Positions 6,851 through 17,222 are shown, counted from the stretch's first letter. The stretch: 20,000 bases of DNA from an uncultured virus (IMG/VR IMGVR_UViG_2541047342_000013) (IMGVR_UViG_2541047342_000013); one strand, 5' to 3'. A program made the numbers and translations. The notes: generated by a model not told the origin, from the letters alone.

Positions 6851-8920
6851 TTGAAAAATTATGAAATAAAGAATCATACCATAGAAGTAGATTTTAGTAA
6901 TTATAGAATAAATAAAAGGTTACTAGACTATTTTATTTATAATGAAAATGATGTTAAAACAGCTTATATTGAAGCAATATTGAAAAATAAAGATGAAATA
7001 ATAGATTTATCTGAATATGATAGAGTTTTAGTTAGCATTACAAAAAGTGATGGACAAAAGGTTAATGGTGAATGTGAAGTTGTAGATGCAGAAAATGGTG
7101 TTGTAGAGATAGAACTTAGTCGACAAGCACTTGCAAGTGTTGGTATAAATACATTTCAACTATCCCTTGTGAAAGAGGGAACTCTACTTAATACTACAAA
7201 TCTTTATTATAGAGTTGAAGAGGGTATGATTAATGATGATGATATCACCTCAACTGATGAATATGGAGTATTATTGGTAATAATAGCCCAAGCAGAAGAG
7301 ATTATAAAAAACAATAAAGAGTTAACTAAAAGAGTTGAACAACTTGAAATAACTATCTTAGGAAATGAAGAAGTTAGGGATAAAGCAGAGCAGATTAGGA
7401 TTTATAATGAAGATATAAGAAACATACAAGAAGAAGAAAGAGAGTTTAATGAGTTAACACGTCAAAACCAAGAAGCAAATCGTGAAGAATCCATTCAGAA
7501 TATGCAAATCCAAGTTGATGATAAACTTACTGATTGTCAACTCCAATTAGATGAAATGATAGATGCCAAGTCTGAAGAAATAGACAATATTGTTGATGAT
7601 AAAATGCTTGATGTCCAAGCTCAAACAGATAAGAAATTTCAGGACTTAGATACTAGAGCTAATAATATTTTTGATTTATATGATAAGACATTTGAAGATA
7701 AACTTACAGACAACCAAGAACAAATTGATTATAAACTTGATGAAGTAAATCAAGCTATATCTAATGTAGAAGATTGTATTGATGAAAGTACTACAAAATT
7801 AGATACAAAGATAAAAGAAATAGATGACAAAATAGTTGAAGTAAATACTGCTAAGACAGATATGACAACAACTGTATCTAACAAAATAACTGAATTTGAA
7901 AATAGATTTAGTGAATTAGAAAGTCTTGATGCTAGAGGCGAGTTAATACAAGCTAGAGAAACTATTGATGGAAATGTAAAGGACACTTTAAAGGATAGAT
8001 TAACATATGATTTTGAGAAAGTTAATGAGAAAATTGCTGAGATGACTTCTGCTGCAACTAATGTAGCTTTTAGTAAATCTTATGTTGAATCGGATTGGGT
8101 TGCTGATGGAGAATATTTTAAACTTATAGTTAATCATAATTTAGTTACAGAAAATATATTTGTAGCAATATTAGATGAAGCAACTAAGAAAAGTATGACT
8201 AATTCTTATACTATAGTAGATTCTAATACGATAGAAATATTTAATGAAAGTAACATAGATGTAAAAGTAACTGTTGTAAATGGTAATACAAATAAAGAAG
8301 TTATACAAGCTACAATAAATGATAATATAACAACACTAGATAGTACTTACTCTAGTGTTAAAATTGATGCAAAATTTGATGAGAGTCTAACTAAGATAAA
8401 TGAAAATAAAAGTAATATAGCTACTAATTTAGAGAAGATAAATTTAATGCAAACTAAACTTGGTTCGAGTGAATTAAGTACAGTATCTAAAAATATATCA
8501 GATGCAGTAAATGAATTAGATGCTAGTGTTAAAGTTTTGCAAGAGGGTGGAAATTTAGGACAACAATTAGATAGTTTAAAAGCCAAGTATGATGCTCTAT
8601 CTGATAAAGTCTTAGATATATTAATTTATTTAGAATTAGAATCTGGTGCAGTGGATGAAGTAGGTCAATGGTATGATAATTTAACTGATTCAAAAGGTAT
8701 TTTATCAATTGAAGGTCTAAGATTAGACACAGACAGAAGAAGAATATTTGGTAGTGAAGGGAATGTTATTTTTAATAAAATAGACATTCCTTTTTCTTGT
8801 TATAAAGTGAAATACATACATGAATTAGATGATAACTTTATAGAGACCATTTCAAACACAAGTACAAATGCTGGAGCTAATAGTATAGAACTTGAAAAAT
8901 TTTCTTATGAAGTTAAATAG
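6851..8920 (+). CDS. BppU-type baseplate upper protein (N-terminal DUF2479-like domain, long coiled coil)
   Basis: N-terminal 'YNENDVKTAYIE...ITKSDGQKV...VVDAENGVVEIEL...G' resembles BppU_N; extensive heptad region; directly upstream of the RBP. Confidence 0.75.
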   Translation: MKNYEIKNHTIEVDFSNYRINKRLLDYFIYNENDVKTAYIEAILKNKDEIIDLSEYDRVLVSITKSDGQKVNGECEVVDAENGVVEIELSRQALASVGINTFQLSLVKEGTLLNTTNLYYRVEEGMINDDDITSTDEYGVLLVIIAQAEEIIKNNKELTKRVEQLEITILGNEEVRDKAEQIRIYNEDIRNIQEEEREFNELTRQNQEANREESIQNMQIQVDDKLTDCQLQLDEMIDAKSEEIDNIVDDKMLDVQAQTDKKFQDLDTRANNIFDLYDKTFEDKLTDNQEQIDYKLDEVNQAISNVEDCIDESTTKLDTKIKEIDDKIVEVNTAKTDMTTTVSNKITEFENRFSELESLDARGELIQARETIDGNVKDTLKDRLTYDFEKVNEKIAEMTSAATNVAFSKSYVESDWVADGEYFKLIVNHNLVTENIFVAILDEATKKSMTNSYTIVDSNTIEIFNESNIDVKVTVVNGNTNKEVIQATINDNITTLDSTYSSVKIDAKFDESLTKINENKSNIATNLEKINLMQTKLGSSELSTVSKNISDAVNELDASVKVLQEGGNLGQQLDSLKAKYDALSDKVLDILIYLELESGAVDEVGQWYDNLTDSKGILSIEGLRLDTDRRRIFGSEGNVIFNKIDIPFSCYKVKYIHELDDNFIETISNTSTNAGANSIELEKFSYEVK

Positions 8921-8935
8921 GAAAGGAATGATTTA

Positions 8936-11900
8936 ATGAAAGAAAATAAAATCTTACAACGTGGAAGATATTTAGATACAGATATATACTTTGATGAATT
9001 TAACAAAGATTTTGATAATTATGATTTTGTAGATATAGTAATAAGTCCAGGTAGTGGTTATACTTTCGGTATAAAGATAGACAGAAGTATCTGGGCGTGT
9101 GGTTATAATGTTTATGGTCAATTAGGTTTAGGTGATACTACTAATAGAAATGTATTTACTAAAGTTAATATAGATAATGTTAAAAAAATTAGTTCTTATA
9201 GCCATAATACATTTATATTAAAAAATGATGGTACAATATATTCGTGTGGGCTGAATGAGCGTGGGGCTTTAGGTTTAGGTGATACTACTAATAGAAATAC
9301 ATTTACTAAAGTTAATATAGATAATGTTAAGGATGTCATATGTGGTGGACTTCACACATTCATAATTAAAAATGATGGAACTTTATACTCATGTGGGATG
9401 AATACTAGTGGTCAATTAGGTTTAGGTGATACTAATGATAAGGATGTATTTACAAAGGTTAATATTGATAATATAAAAGAAATTATATGCGGAAGTTCTC
9501 ATACATTCATAATTAAAAATGATGGAAGTATCTGGTCGTGTGGTTTAAATAATTATGGACAATTAGGTTTTAGTGATAAAGTTAATAGAAATACATTTAC
9601 AAAGGTTGATATTGATAATGTTAAAAAAATTGCATGTGGTGGAACAACTACATTTGTATTAAAAAATGACAATACTTTATGGTGTGTAGGTGAAAACAAC
9701 AAAGGACAATTAGGATTAGGTGATACTACTAATAGAAATACATTTACTAAAGTTAATATAGATAATGTTAAAGATGTTACATGTTCATATCAAGGTATAT
9801 TTATAATATTGACTGATGGCTCAGTTTTATCTACTGGTTACAATTATTTTGGACAATTGGGACTAGGTGATAAAGTAGATAAAAAAATATTTACTAAAGT
9901 GAATGTAGATAATGTAAAAAAAATATTCTCTGGTAATACTCATACTTTTATAATGAAGGAAGATAATAAACTATTATTTGCTGGTTCTAATAATTTTGGG
10001 CAATTAGGTTGTCAACATTTTCTTAATAATTCAGATAACTTTACTACTTTTACAGAGTATAAAAATAATGACTACATAGGATTTAGTAAAAGTGTAAATT
10101 TAAATGGAGATACATATTTATTAAAAGACAATGGTGAATATTTACTAATAAATAGAAATGATAAAATAGTTTGTGGTCGTAATTTTACGTATATTTTAAA
10201 AAATGATGGGACTATATGGGGAGCAGGAAACAATGGAAATGGTCAATTAGGCTTAGGAGATAATACACATAGAAATGTATTTACAAGAGTTAATATAGAT
10301 AATGTAAAAGAAATTATATGTGGAAATAATCATGTATTTATAATAAAAAGTGATGGAAGTGTATGGGGTACAGGTCAAAATAATAATGGAGAACTTGGTT
10401 TAGGAGATAATTCTCATAGGAATACATTTACTAGGCTTGATATTAATAATGTGAAAAAGGTTGTATGTAACAACTGTACATATGTAATTAAAAATGATGA
10501 TACTATTTGGGTAACTGGTTATAATGAACATGGGGCTTTAGGCTTAGGAGATAATACACATAGAAAAGTGTTTACTAAAGTTAATATAGATAATGTAAAA
10601 GAAATTATATGTGGTATGTATCACACATTTATAATTAAAAATGATAATACAGTATGGGCATGTGGTCTAAATAATTATGGACAGTTGGGTTTAGGTGATA
10701 ATTTTGATAAGTTAATATTTACTAAGATTAATATTGAAAATATTAAAAATGGAATATCTAGTGGTGATTCTACATTTCTACTAAAAAATGATGGAACTTT
10801 ATACTCATGTGGGATGAATACTAGTGGTCAATTAGGTTTAGGTGATACTACTAATAGAAATGTATTTACTAAAGTTAATATAGAACTAAAAAATAATTTC
10901 ACAGAATATGCAAACAATTATAAAATCGTATTAGGAGATACTTCTTTCATATTAAAGAATGACAATACTTTATGGGGTAGTGGTAGTAGTTCCTATGGTC
11001 AATTAGGTTTAGGTGATACTGCTGGCAAAAGAGTATTTACTAGAATGAATGTGGAAAATATAAAAGATGTTGTATGTGGGAAAATGCATGTGGTTGTATT
11101 GAAAAATGATGGGACTGTATGGAATAGTGGTAATAATTCTAATGGTCAATTAGGTTTAGGTGATACTACTAATAGAAATGTGTTTACTAAAGTTGATATT
11201 GATAATGTGAAAAAAGTTATATGTGGCTGGAACCAAACAGTTATATTAAAAAATGACAATACTGTGTGGAGTACAGGTCTTAATTCTAATGGTCAATTAG
11301 GTTTGGGCGATACTACTAATAGAAATGTGTTTACTAAAGTTGATATTGATAATGTAAAAGAAATTATATGTGGAAATAATCAAACATTTATACAAAAAGA
11401 AGATGGGAGTATTTGGAGTACAGGAAATAATAGTTATGGAGAGTTAGGCTTAGGTGATATTGCACAAAGAAATATATTTACAAAGGTTGATATTGATAAT
11501 GTTAAAAAGATTGCTTGTGGACAGGCATACACCTTTATAATCAAGAATGATGGAACTTTATATTCATGTGGATTTAACTATAGTGGTCAATTAGGTTTAG
11601 GTGATACTACTAATAGAAATGTATTTACTAAAGTTAATATAGATAATGTTAAAGAAGTCATATGTGCTAGTAATCATACATTTATATTAAAAGAAGATGG
11701 GAGTATTTGGAGTACAGGAAATAATTCTTATAGTCAACTTTGTTTAGGTGATAATACACAGAGAACTACATTTACAAAAGTTGATATAGATAATATAAAA
11801 GAAATTGCTTGTAGCGATTCTGTTACTTTTGTAATTAAAAATGATGGTGCTATTTTCAGTGTAGGATATAATGGTTATGGGCAACTTGGTTTAGGAGTAA

Positions 11901-13423
11901 GTGATGGTTCTGTAAATGAAATTACTAAAATAGAAGGACATTACCTTTATAGATTTGACACTTTGAATAATTATATATTAAACAATAATTTTAATCTGAT
12001 AAATAACAAATATATAATACCATCACGAAGTGATATAAATTATAAAAGCGTTTTAGGCTCTGTATATAAAGAAAATTATGATATAGATAATGATAGAATA
12101 GAATTACAAGATAACATAAAAGAATTTTGGATGTCAAAGACTCATTCATTGATTGTAAATACAAGTGGAGAGTTATTTGGATGTGGAGAGAATATATATG
12201 GTCAATTATTAAATCCAAGAACAACAACTTCGTTGACAAGCTTTACTAAACTAAATTTTGCAGATATAAGACAAGCTTCATGTGGCGTTGGATTCTCATA
12301 TTTTCTGAAAAATGATGGTACTCTGTATTCAGCAGGATTAAATTCAGAATACCAACTAGGGCTAGGTCACAACAACGAGGTAAATGAATTACAAAGAGTA
12401 AATATATCTAATGTAAAGAAAGTAATGTGTGATGATAAGTTTACTTTAGTATTATTAAATGATAACTCTGTATGGGGGCAAGGACTTAATAGATTTGGTA
12501 ATTTTGGATTAGGCCAAGCTTCTGCAAATACTATAATAAAAACATTTACTAAACTAGATGTAGATGTGGAAGATGTAGAGATAGGTGGAGATTATATCTC
12601 TTTTAGAAAATTAGATAAATCACTTTGGATTTGCGGTAAAATAAGAGATTGTTACAATATGAACTCTAATAATCCATATATATTTAATAAAGTTCAAATA
12701 CCAGCAGAATTTAATAATGATTTACTTTGGTTAGACGCTGGAAGAGATGAAACTTTATTTATGAATTACCAAGCACCTACAACAAAACCATCAATAGAAA
12801 TATCAGAGAAAACTATATCTGGTATAAAATTAAAAGTTAATGATTCAAATGATGAAATTGATAAGATTGAGATGTATTTAAACAATGAGTTAATACATTC
12901 AAAAAATGAATTTATCAATAATTTTGTGCTGTTCACTATTCCATTAGAAAAACTAAATCTTGGTATAAATAATATATATTTTAAAGCTAATACTTCATTT
13001 GGAGACAATATGTATCTAGGGGCAACAATTAATAAAGAGAATAATTCTATAAATATTTCAGAAGGAGCTAATCTATTTATTAAGAATAAAAAGTATAACA
13101 TAAATTCTTTAACAAATAGTGCAGATGGTAAACTTGTAATAACATTAGATAGAGCATTAGAAGATAATATAAGCGTAGGAGATATAATTTATCAACTTAT
13201 AAATCAACTAAAAGTTCAAGTTAAAACAAATAACACAGGTATGCACAAAGATATGAATTTATTAGAAATGAAAAAAGTTGACACAGGGTATCAAGAGGTT
13301 TATGAGTTAGAAGAAAAAGGAATGACACAAGTAGAACCTAAAATTATAGTTGAAAAAGGCGATAATTGGACAGCGATAAAAAGACCATCTATGATATTCA
13401 GTATAGATGAGGAAACACTTTAA
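8936..13423 (+). CDS. RCC1/BLIP-II-repeat beta-propeller protein, probable receptor-binding protein
   Basis: About 22 repeats of ~49 aa (G.N..GQLGLGD..NRN.FTKV.IDNVK.I.CG..HTFI.K.DG); lies after BppU and before a CD1375-like gene. Confidence 0.85.
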   Translation: MKENKILQRGRYLDTDIYFDEFNKDFDNYDFVDIVISPGSGYTFGIKIDRSIWACGYNVYGQLGLGDTTNRNVFTKVNIDNVKKISSYSHNTFILKNDGTIYSCGLNERGALGLGDTTNRNTFTKVNIDNVKDVICGGLHTFIIKNDGTLYSCGMNTSGQLGLGDTNDKDVFTKVNIDNIKEIICGSSHTFIIKNDGSIWSCGLNNYGQLGFSDKVNRNTFTKVDIDNVKKIACGGTTTFVLKNDNTLWCVGENNKGQLGLGDTTNRNTFTKVNIDNVKDVTCSYQGIFIILTDGSVLSTGYNYFGQLGLGDKVDKKIFTKVNVDNVKKIFSGNTHTFIMKEDNKLLFAGSNNFGQLGCQHFLNNSDNFTTFTEYKNNDYIGFSKSVNLNGDTYLLKDNGEYLLINRNDKIVCGRNFTYILKNDGTIWGAGNNGNGQLGLGDNTHRNVFTRVNIDNVKEIICGNNHVFIIKSDGSVWGTGQNNNGELGLGDNSHRNTFTRLDINNVKKVVCNNCTYVIKNDDTIWVTGYNEHGALGLGDNTHRKVFTKVNIDNVKEIICGMYHTFIIKNDNTVWACGLNNYGQLGLGDNFDKLIFTKINIENIKNGISSGDSTFLLKNDGTLYSCGMNTSGQLGLGDTTNRNVFTKVNIELKNNFTEYANNYKIVLGDTSFILKNDNTLWGSGSSSYGQLGLGDTAGKRVFTRMNVENIKDVVCGKMHVVVLKNDGTVWNSGNNSNGQLGLGDTTNRNVFTKVDIDNVKKVICGWNQTVILKNDNTVWSTGLNSNGQLGLGDTTNRNVFTKVDIDNVKEIICGNNQTFIQKEDGSIWSTGNNSYGELGLGDIAQRNIFTKVDIDNVKKIACGQAYTFIIKNDGTLYSCGFNYSGQLGLGDTTNRNVFTKVNIDNVKEVICASNHTFILKEDGSIWSTGNNSYSQLCLGDNTQRTTFTKVDIDNIKEIACSDSVTFVIKNDGAIFSVGYNGYGQLGLGVSDGSVNEITKIEGHYLYRFDTLNNYILNNNFNLINNKYIIPSRSDINYKSVLGSVYKENYDIDNDRIELQDNIKEFWMSKTHSLIVNTSGELFGCGENIYGQLLNPRTTTSLTSFTKLNFADIRQASCGVGFSYFLKNDGTLYSAGLNSEYQLGLGHNNEVNELQRVNISNVKKVMCDDKFTLVLLNDNSVWGQGLNRFGNFGLGQASANTIIKTFTKLDVDVEDVEIGGDYISFRKLDKSLWICGKIRDCYNMNSNNPYIFNKVQIPAEFNNDLLWLDAGRDETLFMNYQAPTTKPSIEISEKTISGIKLKVNDSNDEIDKIEMYLNNELIHSKNEFINNFVLFTIPLEKLNLGINNIYFKANTSFGDNMYLGATINKENNSINISEGANLFIKNKKYNINSLTNSADGKLVITLDRALEDNISVGDIIYQLINQLKVQVKTNNTGMHKDMNLLEMKKVDTGYQEVYELEEKGMTQVEPKIIVEKGDNWTAIKRPSMIFSIDEETL
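9116..11900 (+). repeat. 147-bp coding tandem repeats with long identical blocks
   Basis: GGTCAATTAGGTTTAGGTGATACTACTAATAGAAATGTATTTACTAAAGTTAATATAGA is identical at about 9116, 10826 and 11585. 67-bp identity between 9368-9434 and 10784-10850. Confidence 0.9.
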
Positions 13424-13434
13424 GAGGTGATTAA

Positions 13435-13758
13435 ATGCTAAATATAAATGAAGAAAAAATTGAAAAGCTCAAACAAAAAAAGGCTTTAAATAATTTAAAT
13501 ACAAGTCAAGAAACGCAAGATAATGACATAACAGATTTAATGTTAGCAACTGCTGAAATATGTGAAATGGTATTAAGTAGTCAACAGACATCTACTATGT
13601 CATTAAAAAATATAAAATTAAATGAAGGAGGAAGTAGCATGGCAGCAATTTATGTAGGATTGATAGAAAGAGGTTTGAAAACAATTGAACAAGTACCTAT
13701 AAAATACCGAGAAGAAGTAAGAAAAATGTGTGAAGCACTAGAGATTTCATTATCATAG
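13435..13758 (+). CDS. RBP assembly helper with C-terminal CD1375-family domain
   Basis: RBS GAGGTG; C-terminal 'MAAIYVGLIERGLKTIEQVPIKYREEV' resembles the CD1375 family; internal RBS and ATG at 13639. Confidence 0.72.
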   Translation: MLNINEEKIEKLKQKKALNNLNTSQETQDNDITDLMLATAEICEMVLSSQQTSTMSLKNIKLNEGGSSMAAIYVGLIERGLKTIEQVPIKYREEVRKMCEALEISLS

Positions 13759-13780
13759 AACTATAAGAGTTCTTTTTTTA
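13757..13780 (+). terminator. Intrinsic terminator closing RBP cassette 1
   Basis: AGAACT-ATAAG-AGTTCT-TTTTTT. Confidence 0.7.
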
Positions 13781-13836
13781 TGTTCAAAATGGAGAGTTAC
13801 TAATGTAGCTCTCTAAATAAAGAAGAAGGTGATAAA

Positions 13837-15790
13837 TTGTTAAATGAAGAGGTAGTAAAAAAATTAAAGAATGTACCTAGTAACACTAATAGTGAAATTG
13901 GAAAAGTTAATACAAATATAGAAACTGCTAAAACAGAGTTGAATACTAAAATAGGAAATACAATTCTGCTTAATACGACAGATAAAACAAATCTTGTAAA
14001 TTCAGTGAATGAATTAGTAGATAAGCAAAACGATATAGAAAATCTCGAGGAAATTGACAATATAAAATGTAATACTGATACAGGAGAATATACTATAGAA
14101 AATAGTAAAAAAGGTTATCTAACTAATTTCCATATAGAAGGAAAGACACTAGTTAATTTGGCTAATCCAAATAACATAACTATAACAGAAGGTTTACGAT
14201 ATTTAAATCCATTTAGATATATTGAAAAAAGGAAAACAATACACTTTTATTAATTTAAGTAATAAAGAAATATATTATTTCCATAATAATGTAATCAAAT
14301 TTAAAATGAATCCAAATAGTAAAACTTTATACACTATAGACATAGATATAACTGATGCTAATTGTCTTTGTGTCGCTCATAGTATAAAAGGATGGGGAGA
14401 GACTGATGCAGATAAACAAGAGTTTACTAAATCTGTAATGATTTTAGAAGGTGATTATACTAGTGAAAATATTTCTTACTTTGAAAGATTACAAAGTGTT
14501 GGTCAAGGAGATAATACAGAGCTTCTAACATTTAAAAATAGCGAAAATAATTTATTTGATAAAAATGGAAATTTTAGAGATAATTATATTCTGCAATATG
14601 TGAATGGCGAGGAACTTATTTCCGAAACTAGTAATCATAAATACACATTAGACTATATAGAAATAGAAGCAGACACAGGGTATACTTTTTATAATTGTAG
14701 TAGAAATATTTGTTGGTATGATATAAATAAAAGTTTCATACCAGCATCATTAAACGAAAGAATAATAGGAGATAAAGATATTTTTTATATTGCTAGAAGC
14801 CCTAAAAATGCAAAGTATCTAAGAGTTACTATAATAAAAGATTTACATGATAATGGGAATAAAACAATTATAACTAAAGGAAATAAATATGATAAAAAGA
14901 CAATTTTATATACATTAAGAAGTTTACCAAATGGAGTAAAAGATGAAATAGTTTATAAAAATAATAAATATTACTTAATAAAAAGATGTGAGGAACATAC
15001 TTATAATGATATTGGAAATCTTAATTTATCACATGTATATGATAATACTCTGCAATTTATGGGAACATTAACTCCTCGAGCTGTTGTAGATAGTTTAGAC
15101 ACAGCATATGTTTTATGTAATAATTTAAATGGAAAAAGTAGAAATGATTTTAACAATAATGACACAGAGGGATGCTCAACTACTGGTAGTGGTGATATAG
15201 CATTTAAAATATTAAAAAGTAAACTTACTACACAAGATGGAAATGGGTTTAGTGAATGGATAAAAAATAATCTAGTAACTATCATCTATCAACTTGCAAA
15301 ACCACAAGAAATTGAATTAACATCACTAAATTTAGAACAATATAATAATCAAACTAAATTTATTTGCAACACAGGTATTGTGATACCAGATGTTAGTTTT
15401 GAAAGTACACAAAATTTAGGAAGTCATATAGAAGTTATCAGAAATAATATAAAAAAATACAATGTTAGAACTGATTTTCCATTTTCAATAAACTTTCTTA
15501 ATGGGTGGCAGCCATATCTTGGATATGCTAGTTCTGTTGGAAACTATTGCACAAATAATAACTTTGTAACAATTAATGCAACTATTAATGGAGGTGTTAC
15601 AACGGCAGGTACTATCATTGGAAAGATACCTTCAAAATATGCACCTCGTAAAGGCATAATAGTAATATTTCGAACAACAGATGGAAAGTATTATAACGGA
15701 ATCATCCGTACAAATGGAGAAATTGAGATATATTATAATGATATAACTTATCGTAGTTGGTTGTATTTATATGTAAACTATTTAATTTAG
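13837..15790 (+). pseudogene. Second tail fibre/RBP gene split by a 1-nt frameshift (ORFs 13837-14253 and 14222-15790)
   Basis: ORF1 has an RBS and tail-fibre motifs ('LNTTDKTNLVNSVNEL', 'IEGKTLVNL'). ORF2 lacks an RBS and continues with fibre motifs ('LRSLPNGVKDEI', 'IIYQLAKP'). Removing one base at 14212-14214 or 14225-14230 fuses them into about 650 aa. Confidence 0.7.
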
Positions 15791-15804
15791 AAAGGAAAAA
15801 TAAG

Positions 15805-16125
15805 ATGGATATAGAAAAGAAAATAGAAATTTTAATAGAATATGGATTTGAGAATGATTTAAATAATATAGAGAATTACTTTATTGCAGAGGGTAAAAAA
15901 ATATTTACTCCAGTGATAAAAAACGGAGAGCTAATTAAAACAGGAGAACAGGTTTATAATGAGTGGATAGAATTACAAAATAATCCACCTAAACCAAGCA
16001 TAGAGGAAATAAATGCGGATAAAATTACAATTTTAATAGAAAATCAAAAGCAACAAGACAGTTTATTAGTAGATAATGCTTATAGAATTGCTATGTTAGA
16101 ACTTAACACAAATAACGTGTTATAA
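15805..16125 (+). CDS. Tail fibre assembly-type protein, 106 aa
   Basis: RBS GAAAGGA before ATG 15805 (preferred to 15757); C-terminal 'QDSLLVDNAYRIAMLEL' motif typical of genes that follow fibre genes. Confidence 0.65.
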   Translation: MDIEKKIEILIEYGFENDLNNIENYFIAEGKKIFTPVIKNGELIKTGEQVYNEWIELQNNPPKPSIEEINADKITILIENQKQQDSLLVDNAYRIAMLELNTNNVL

Positions 16126-16150
16126 AACTATAAAAAATGGAGGAAACAAC

Positions 16151-16321
16151 ATGTATAATATTTTAAAAAGAATGATTGAACAAAAGAATTTTGAAACTAA
16201 AGAGGAATTACAAACTAAACTTGATGTATTTTACGCTATGAATAGGATAAAGGAAGATGAATACACAGAGTTAACAAATCTATTAAATAAAGAAGATACA
16301 CTAGTAGAACCAAAAATATAA
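16151..16321 (+). CDS. Small XkdX-like phage protein, 56 aa (MYNILKRMIEQKNFETKEELQTKLDVFYAMNRIKEDEYTELTNLLNKEDTLVEPKI)
   Basis: Not in the ORF track; RBS GGAGG; 'I..DEY.EL' motif; usual position between fibre and lysis genes. Confidence 0.78.
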   Translation: MYNILKRMIEQKNFETKEELQTKLDVFYAMNRIKEDEYTELTNLLNKEDTLVEPKI

Positions 16322-16336
16322 AAGGTTCTTTTTTTA
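16306..16336 (+). terminator. Intrinsic terminator closing RBP cassette 2
   Basis: AGAACC...GGTTCT-TTTTTT. Confidence 0.6.
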
Positions 16337-16395
16337 TGTCAATTTTAGAGAATTGATTAATTTCAATTCTCTTTTAATTAAAAGGAGTGGTAATT

Positions 16396-17211
16396 TTGAA
16401 TATAAAAACATTGACTGCCCATGCAGGTCATAATCCAGATGGTAAATTAGGTTCTGGAGCAGTAGGAAATATAAAAGAATCTACAGAAGCAAGAAATGTA
16501 CTAAAAGAGTTAATACCTTTAGCTCAAAAAGAATGTAAAGTTTATGATACTACATGCAATAATGGAACTTCTCAAAGTGATATATTGAATAAGATTATAA
16601 ATAAATGTAATTCATATAACACAGATTTAAATGTAAGTATCCATTTTAACTCAGGTGGAGGTAGAGGTGTAGAAGTTTTAGTATATAATTTAAATGACAA
16701 AGAAACTGTTGAAATAGCATCAAGAATATGTAAAAAAATAACTGAAACTTATCATGCAAAAGGTGATAAAGATTTTAAAAATCGTGGAGTTAAGGAAAAG
16801 AAAACTCTAGCATTTTTAAGAAGAACGAAGGCAAAGTCAATTTTAGTTGAGTGCTGTTTTGTAGACACATCTGATACTAAAAAATATAATGCTAAAGATA
16901 TGGCCATAGACATTTATGAAGGAATATTTAATAAGTCTATAGCTGGTAAACCACAAGATAACAAAGTGAAATATGCAATAGTTTATGAGGGTGATGTAGA
17001 TAAAGTTATAGCTCAATTAATGGCCATGAATTATAAGGCTAATGAAGTCTCTGTGTGTGAGTTGAAAAATTATGTTCCTGGACATTGTGAAAACCTATAT
17101 GTGATTGGTGGAGCATCCAACAAAATTAAAACTAGTGAGAGATTTACTAAATTACAAGGTGATGATAGATGGGCTACACTTCATAAAGTGTTAGATTTTA
17201 TAGGCAAGTAG
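16396..17211 (+). CDS. Endolysin, N-acetylmuramoyl-L-alanine amidase (Amidase_3) with CD27L-like C-terminal domain
   Basis: 'AGH...E...SIHFNS...ILVECCFVD' zinc amidase motifs; C-terminal 'IVYEGDVDKV...YVPG...NLYVIGG...GDDRWATL..VLDFI'. TTG 16396 is properly spaced from RBS AAAGGAG. Confidence 0.92.
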   Translation: MNIKTLTAHAGHNPDGKLGSGAVGNIKESTEARNVLKELIPLAQKECKVYDTTCNNGTSQSDILNKIINKCNSYNTDLNVSIHFNSGGGRGVEVLVYNLNDKETVEIASRICKKITETYHAKGDKDFKNRGVKEKKTLAFLRRTKAKSILVECCFVDTSDTKKYNAKDMAIDIYEGIFNKSIAGKPQDNKVKYAIVYEGDVDKVIAQLMAMNYKANEVSVCELKNYVPGHCENLYVIGGASNKIKTSERFTKLQGDDRWATLHKVLDFIGK

Positions 17212-17222
17212 GAGGTAATGAA

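Noticed and set aside
9116..11900. Regularly spaced near-identical repeats resembling a CRISPR array
   Set aside because: The 147-bp period is in frame within a 1495-aa ORF, the intervening sequences are homologous to each other, and no cas genes or leader are present. These are RCC1 coding repeats.
552..15285. Minus-strand ORFs in the track (552-881, 4290-4601, 5335-5535, 7750-7986, 8347-8586, 11991-12239, 12766-13101, 13800-14060, 15001-15285)
   Set aside because: All lie antisense to well-supported genes and have the low-complexity, mostly S/F/L/I-rich composition of shadow frames.
8936..15790. Diversity-generating retroelement acting on the RBPs
   Set aside because: No reverse transcriptase in the window, and no non-coding template repeat with adenine-specific mismatches was seen.
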